From Opitutales bacterium (GTDB lineage: Bacteria; Verrucomicrobiota; Verrucomicrobiia; Opitutales; UBA953), in NCBI GenBank assembly GCA_040398005.1, contig JBBAUX010000003.1, forward strand, positions 14,381-78,380: 64,000 nucleotides of DNA, in the 5' to 3' direction. Positions 59,417-64,000 of this stretch are shown here, in pieces. The position numbers and the translations under genes were made by a program. Position 1 is the first letter of the stretch. Each line of letters starts with the position of its first letter. The notes beneath the pieces were generated by a model. The model had not been told where the DNA came from and did no database searches. It saw nothing but the letters and a program-made list of their open reading frames with translations.

Positions 59417-59445
59417 ACGTTAGCACAATTATTTCTATTTTGCAA
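59417..59445 (-). promoter_or_regulatory. Sigma70-type leaderless promoter
   Basis: TTGCAA-17-TAACGT with a TG extension, 6 nt to the ATG at 59410. Confidence 0.65.
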
Positions 59446-59641
59446 ACAACCAATCGATATTAGAGGGTGAATCTGTAAAAAATAGGCATGATAAGGGGGG
59501 CACGACCGACGTATGACATGCAGCCATGATGAACAAGGCGTCAGACCAGTTTAACGGGTGACCTAAATAATAATTCCTAGATAATTCTATTAAAACTTTA
59601 CTATAATTTTTTGGTGAGTAGTTTTTAGTCGGTATATATTC

Positions 59642-60163
59642 ATGGCTAAAAAATCACCGCAGCAGAGAAATTCCCATACCAAAGAATCGCACCTCGTCAT
59701 CCAAGACGCCCTTTTACATGTCGTAAAATCAAGTACTTCGAAAAAGAAAACTCAGTTGGAAGTGCATCGCGAAATCGCCAAGTCGCTCAATATTTCTACC
59801 GCCATGTTATACAAGTGGCGCGAGCAACCCCACAAGGGTTCTGGTCACCCCAACCCCTTGGATCGTGTCGCCACGCTGATTAGTGCGACGGGCGATGAGC
59901 GGATTGTCGACTGGCTGGCCCATAAATTAGGCGGGCACTTTATTCGCGATGAAGTACACGGTGCGTCCCCCGAACTTTTCCGTGCTTCCAATGCACTCAT
60001 TAAAGATTTTAGTCTCTTAGTCACCGAATTGGCCAATGCCTGTGATGACCAACAGATTTCCCCCGCTGAGTCCGTGGGTTTACGCGAAAAATGGAATTCA
60101 CTAAGAAAACGGGCGGAGGGTTTTGTTCGGGCCTGTGAAAAAGGCACCTACGGGGCTAAGTAA
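59642..60163 (+). CDS. Phage regulatory CII-like (P2/186-type) HTH protein
   Basis: EIA..L.IS..MLYKW HTH, NPLDR, TGD..I..WL....GG.F, D..IS..E. Confidence 0.7.
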   Translation: MAKKSPQQRNSHTKESHLVIQDALLHVVKSSTSKKKTQLEVHREIAKSLNISTAMLYKWREQPHKGSGHPNPLDRVATLISATGDERIVDWLAHKLGGHFIRDEVHGASPELFRASNALIKDFSLLVTELANACDDQQISPAESVGLREKWNSLRKRAEGFVRACEKGTYGAK

Positions 60164-60208
60164 AAAATAGTCTGTTGCTTCACCCAAGAAGGGTTATGGT
60201 TTAACACG

Positions 60209-60787
60209 ATGACCGCTCAACCCGTCCATCTTTATGGAGACCCGGTGCTCCGCGCCCAAGGTGATGTCGTGCGCGAATTTGGTCCAGCCCTGCGGGCGAT
60301 TGGTGATGGTATGCTGGCCTCAATGCGCGCCGCCCGCGGAATTGGTTTAGCCGCGCCTCAAGTGGGATTATCCCTTCAACTTTTTGTCATCGATGTTAAG
60401 GACAAAGAAAATCCCTTGATTTTAAACGGTAAAGTCGTCGATCCCGACACCGTCATGCCAATGCTTTTTGCTAATGCTACACTCACCATCCCGGCGGGCG
60501 AAAAAGAAATTTACACCGAAGGTTGTCTGTCTTTTCCCGGCATCACGGGCGAGGTCGAGCGGGTTGAAAAAACGATTGTGCAGTTTAGAGATGCGTCCGG
60601 TGCCCCACACACCCTCGAGTGTGCAGGCATCTTAGCTCGATGCGTCCAACATGAACACGACCACTGCCAGGGGGTTTTATTTATTGATCGAATGACTCGG
60701 GCCCATCAGTTGCTCGTTTCCTCTAAAATTAAGAAACTAAAAACAAAGACTCTGGCCGAATTAAAAAAGATTAAACCGAAGTCTTAA
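60209..60787 (+). CDS. def: Peptide deformylase
   Basis: GIGLAAPQVG, EGCLSFP, QHEHDH. Confidence 0.96.
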   Translation: MTAQPVHLYGDPVLRAQGDVVREFGPALRAIGDGMLASMRAARGIGLAAPQVGLSLQLFVIDVKDKENPLILNGKVVDPDTVMPMLFANATLTIPAGEKEIYTEGCLSFPGITGEVERVEKTIVQFRDASGAPHTLECAGILARCVQHEHDHCQGVLFIDRMTRAHQLLVSSKIKKLKTKTLAELKKIKPKS

Positions 60788-60788
60788 T

Positions 60789-62012
60789 TTATTTAGTCGG
60801 ACGCGTTGCCGGCGCACCCACGGTCTTAGTGGCGTCGCTCGACTTTACCTGTTCTTCTAATTTTATCGAAAGCAGACCGACTTCAATCACGTCAGAGCCA
60901 CTAGCCTCACAGGAAATTTTGAAGTTTTTGTTCAAGTCATTACCTTCTAAAGACATAATTTTCCAAGTGGCTATAGCACCGTCGAGGCTGGGCGCATCGC
61001 CTCCCAAAATATCGACGAGCGATTGGCTCGCACTGACCCCAACTTTACTATCACTTAAACAAAGGTGTTTTAAGAGCGCATTTCCGAGAAGTGAATTCGG
61101 ACGAGCGTATGAGACTACCCGATCACCCGAAGATGAAAGACGTGGTAAAAAACTTTTTTCATCACGTAAATTCACTGTAGCATTATAAACCTTAGCCACC
61201 GACTCGGAGGAATTAAAAGTAGTTAAGTACATTTCTGATCCAATCAGACGCATGGTGTACGCATCGGCCATTCTTACCATTAACAAGGTGAGACTGTTAT
61301 CATTCGTGAGACCATAGACCTCAACCCACACCACCGTAGCATTACGCGGAGATGACACTTTCCAATCTTTGGTTAATTGCGGTGCAGTTGTATCCGAACC
61401 GACTTTATAACTATAACCATCCTCGGGCACCGGGGCCAAACCCACGGCGTCAGCCTTCGTCCATGCGGCCCGCAATGATTCAGTGACCGCGGGTGCTTTT
61501 AGAATCTTTCCGTCATTAAGAACCGTCATCGATCCAATAATGTGATGAACTTTATACCCACCATCGCGGGCAATTTTCTGCAAGCGGACCGACGCTAAGT
61601 TTAAACAGTAACCCACCTTAAATTGGGTTAAATTATAGGATAAATCTACTGTTTTGTGTAAATCTTTGTGACGCGCCGTGGCCACGCGACGTAGCCGATC
61701 CAAAGTTACTGCAGCCGCCGACACCTGGGCTTTTCCTTCATCAATTATTTTTTGGGCACGCGCTTTAACTTGTTCAGGTGTTTCCTGAAAAGCTCCTGTC
61801 GTCGTGAGGCGTGGGGCGTTTAAAATACTGTTACCTTGTTGCAGACGTTGCTGACCCTTCTCTAATTGTTGTACAGCCCTGCCCCATTCCATGACCTCAC
61901 CCTGATTAGCTTTCAGGTACTGCGGCACTTCCGGATCAGAAATTAAATTAATAGGTGCTGGCGCAGTCTCGGCAGCAGCAAGAAGAGCGAAGCTAGCAAG
62001 GAGTGCGTACAT
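60789..62012 (-). CDS. Exported protein of unknown function
   Basis: Signal peptide, coiled-coil N-region; directly downstream of ptsH. Confidence 0.8.
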   Translation of the reverse strand: MYALLASFALLAAAETAPAPINLISDPEVPQYLKANQGEVMEWGRAVQQLEKGQQRLQQGNSILNAPRLTTTGAFQETPEQVKARAQKIIDEGKAQVSAAAVTLDRLRRVATARHKDLHKTVDLSYNLTQFKVGYCLNLASVRLQKIARDGGYKVHHIIGSMTVLNDGKILKAPAVTESLRAAWTKADAVGLAPVPEDGYSYKVGSDTTAPQLTKDWKVSSPRNATVVWVEVYGLTNDNSLTLLMVRMADAYTMRLIGSEMYLTTFNSSESVAKVYNATVNLRDEKSFLPRLSSSGDRVVSYARPNSLLGNALLKHLCLSDSKVGVSASQSLVDILGGDAPSLDGAIATWKIMSLEGNDLNKNFKISCEASGSDVIEVGLLSIKLEEQVKSSDATKTVGAPATRPTK

Positions 62013-62014
62013 TT

Positions 62015-62302
62015 TTAAGACTCGTCGAACTTACGGTTAAAAAGAATTTCCATTTCCTCGAAGAATTGCGCCGACTCTTTACCTTTAACCGAAAATTTCA
62101 AGCGCGAGCCTTGGCCGGCGGCCAACATCATCAGACCCATAATACTCTTTCCGTTAACTACTTCGTCGTCTTTGGAAACCGTTATCTCGAGGTCAGCATA
62201 ACGATTAGCCAGACGAACAATCTGTGCTGACGGACGCGTGTGAATGCCCATTTTATTTTGGACAGTGAATTCGCGGGCAATAACCTCAGTTTTTTCTTCC
62301 AT
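62015..62302 (-). CDS. ptsH: HPr family phosphocarrier
   Basis: GIHTRP (His15) and NGKSIMGLM (Ser46). Confidence 0.95.
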   Translation of the reverse strand: MEEKTEVIAREFTVQNKMGIHTRPSAQIVRLANRYADLEITVSKDDEVVNGKSIMGLMMLAAGQGSRLKFSVKGKESAQFFEEMEILFNRKFDES

Positions 62303-62444
62303 GGAATAGGGCGAAGTGGTTGGGGAAAGTATAAAGGAAGGGGCATTGTGAAGGCTAAAGGGTCAAGTCTAAACCCCTACTCTGCAGGTTCGCTTGACCT
62401 TCCTGTCAAGACTCCTCCAATCATAACCATAAATCTGCACTCCC

Positions 62445-63551
62445 GTGGCCAAGCCCGCTATCATCACCCATCCTGAATCTCTGAAAAACCCAGCAGGGCC
62501 ATCGGAGTATTCTAAACACCCGGTCAATACCTCCCTTACTAAAGAAGCTAAGATTGCGCTCTATACCAAAATGGCACGCATCCGCCATTTTGAACAGCGC
62601 TGCATCCGCATCTACCAACAAGGAAAAATTGGCGGCTTCCTCCACCTCTACGTCGGCCAAGAAGCCGTGGCTGCTGGAACGATTTCACTCTTAGGTAAAC
62701 ACGATCACATCATCACCGGCTATCGCGATCACGGACACGGTCTGATGGTCGGCATGAGCATGAAAGAATGTATGGCAGAATTAACCGGCAAAGTAACCGG
62801 ATGCTCCAAAGGTAAGGGCGGCTCGATGCACTACTTTGCTCCTGATAAAAATTATTGGGGCGGTCACGGAATCGTCGGTGGCCAAGCTCCCCTCGGAACC
62901 GGACTCGCTTACGCCGTAAAATACCGCGGAGAAAAAGGTTCATGCTTCACCTACATGGGTGATGGTGCCGTCAACCAAGGGGCGGTCCACGAAGCTTATA
63001 ACTTAGCCTCACTCTGGGACCTGCCGGTTGTTTTCGTCGTCGAAAATAATGGCTACTCGATGGGCACATCCCAAGAACGCTCCACCGCACACCCGGGTTG
63101 CTTAGCTAAACGCGCCGAAGGTTACAACATGGCCTGGGATATGATTAACGGCCATGATGTTTACGAAGTGCGTGCGAAAACAGCCGCCGCCTTAAAACGC
63201 GCCCACGAAGAATCTAAGCCCACCGTTTTAGAAATTTTCACCTATCGCTATTTCGGTCACTCCATGGCCGACCCCGATAAAACTTATCGCGATAAAGAAG
63301 AAATCAAAGACTACCGTGATAAAAAAGATCCGGTGCTTCTCTTTGAACAAGAATTACTCGGTGAAAAAGTTCTGACTGCTGAACTCGTTGAATCGATCAA
63401 CGCCGCCGCCATGGAAGAAGCCGATGCTGCGGCGGTCTTCGCTGATGAATCACCCGAGCCAACTTTTTCCGACATCACCAAACATATTTATTGGGAAGAA
63501 GATAATCGCGGCAAAAACACCACTAGCAGTGGAACCATTATTTTTGAATAA
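62445..63551 (+). CDS. pdhA: Pyruvate dehydrogenase E1 alpha
   Basis: GFLHLY.GQEA, KGKGGSMH, GDGA..QG, ENN.Y.MGT, YRY.GHSMADP. Confidence 0.96.
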   Translation: MAKPAIITHPESLKNPAGPSEYSKHPVNTSLTKEAKIALYTKMARIRHFEQRCIRIYQQGKIGGFLHLYVGQEAVAAGTISLLGKHDHIITGYRDHGHGLMVGMSMKECMAELTGKVTGCSKGKGGSMHYFAPDKNYWGGHGIVGGQAPLGTGLAYAVKYRGEKGSCFTYMGDGAVNQGAVHEAYNLASLWDLPVVFVVENNGYSMGTSQERSTAHPGCLAKRAEGYNMAWDMINGHDVYEVRAKTAAALKRAHEESKPTVLEIFTYRYFGHSMADPDKTYRDKEEIKDYRDKKDPVLLFEQELLGEKVLTAELVESINAAAMEEADAAAVFADESPEPTFSDITKHIYWEEDNRGKNTTSSGTIIFE

Positions 63552-63559
63552 TTAATTTC

Positions 63560-64000
63560 ATGCCCATTATTTCCTACAGAGAAGCGCTTCGAGCCGCCAT
63601 GCGCGATGAATTAAAGCGCGATGAGAACGTTGTTATCATGGGCGAAGAAGTGGCTCAATTCAACGGAGCTTATAAAATCACCGAAGGCTTACTCAAAGAG
63701 TTTGGCCCTAAGCGCGTGGTGGATACCCCCATTTCTGAAGCGGGCTTCATCGGCCTTGGCATCGGTGCATCCATGTTAGGCATTCGTCCTGTCATGGAAT
63801 TGATGTTCTGGTCCTTCTCTTACGTCGCCTTCGACCAAATTGTAAACAACGCCGGCAACATTCGCTACATGTCTGGCGGACTCATTAATTGTCCGATTGT
63901 CATTCGTGGACCCGCCAACGGCGGAACCAACGTCGGGGCTACCCACTCACACACGCCTGAAGCCATTCTCGCTTCCCACCCTGGAATCAAAGTAGTTTGC
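63560..64000 (+). CDS. pdhB: Pyruvate dehydrogenase E1 beta (runs off the window end)
   Basis: MPIISYREALRAAM...MGEEVAQFNGAYKITEGL...RVVDTPISEAGF, translated by hand from ATG 63560. Confidence 0.95.
   Translation, partial: MPIISYREALRAAMRDELKRDENVVIMGEEVAQFNGAYKITEGLLKEFGPKRVVDTPISEAGFIGLGIGASMLGIRPVMELMFWSFSYVAFDQIVNNAGNIRYMSGGLINCPIVIRGPANGGTNVGATHSHTPEAILASHPGIKVVC

Noticed and set aside
59488..59570. Tiny ORFs or an ncRNA in the RS-protein/CII intergenic region
   Set aside because: ORFs of 11-13 codons with no supporting signals and no convincing stable structure.
59642..60163. Prophage
   Set aside because: Only one phage-like regulator; no structural, replication, lysis or integrase genes.

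Overview
A densely packed, mostly housekeeping bacterial window. Protein families and gene order fit a Verrucomicrobiota (probably Opitutia-like) genome; that assignment is inference. It holds about 63 credible CDS and two tRNAs (Arg-TCT, Thr-CGT). Content: translation and tRNA modification (trmB, proS, prmC, sua5, rpsR, tlyA, prmB, def), cofactor synthesis (thiS/E/G, folB/K/E2, ribB/H), central metabolism (pyk, carB, aroB, pgm, accBC, ptsH, pdhAB), a GldA/F/G-like ABC + DUF4340 + AsmA-like envelope operon, a type IV pilus-like secretin operon resembling Akkermansia Amuc_1098-1102, and a Zn/Mn ABC importer. I found no CRISPR array, transposase, integrase or prophage. The most unusual structures are: (i) a non-coding system at 1-4325 made of fixed four-octamer modules plus an inverted pair of REP-like hairpins with a compensatory base change, bracketing one membrane-protein gene; (ii) repeated leaderless-type promoters; (iii) a stand-alone 5'-3' nuclease with a clamp-binding-like tail; (iv) a tandem paralog pair built from four copies of an unrecognised domain; (v) an orphan CII-like regulator divergent from a membrane-anchored Arg/Ser-rich small protein. 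All family calls come from motif recognition by eye; no searches were run.
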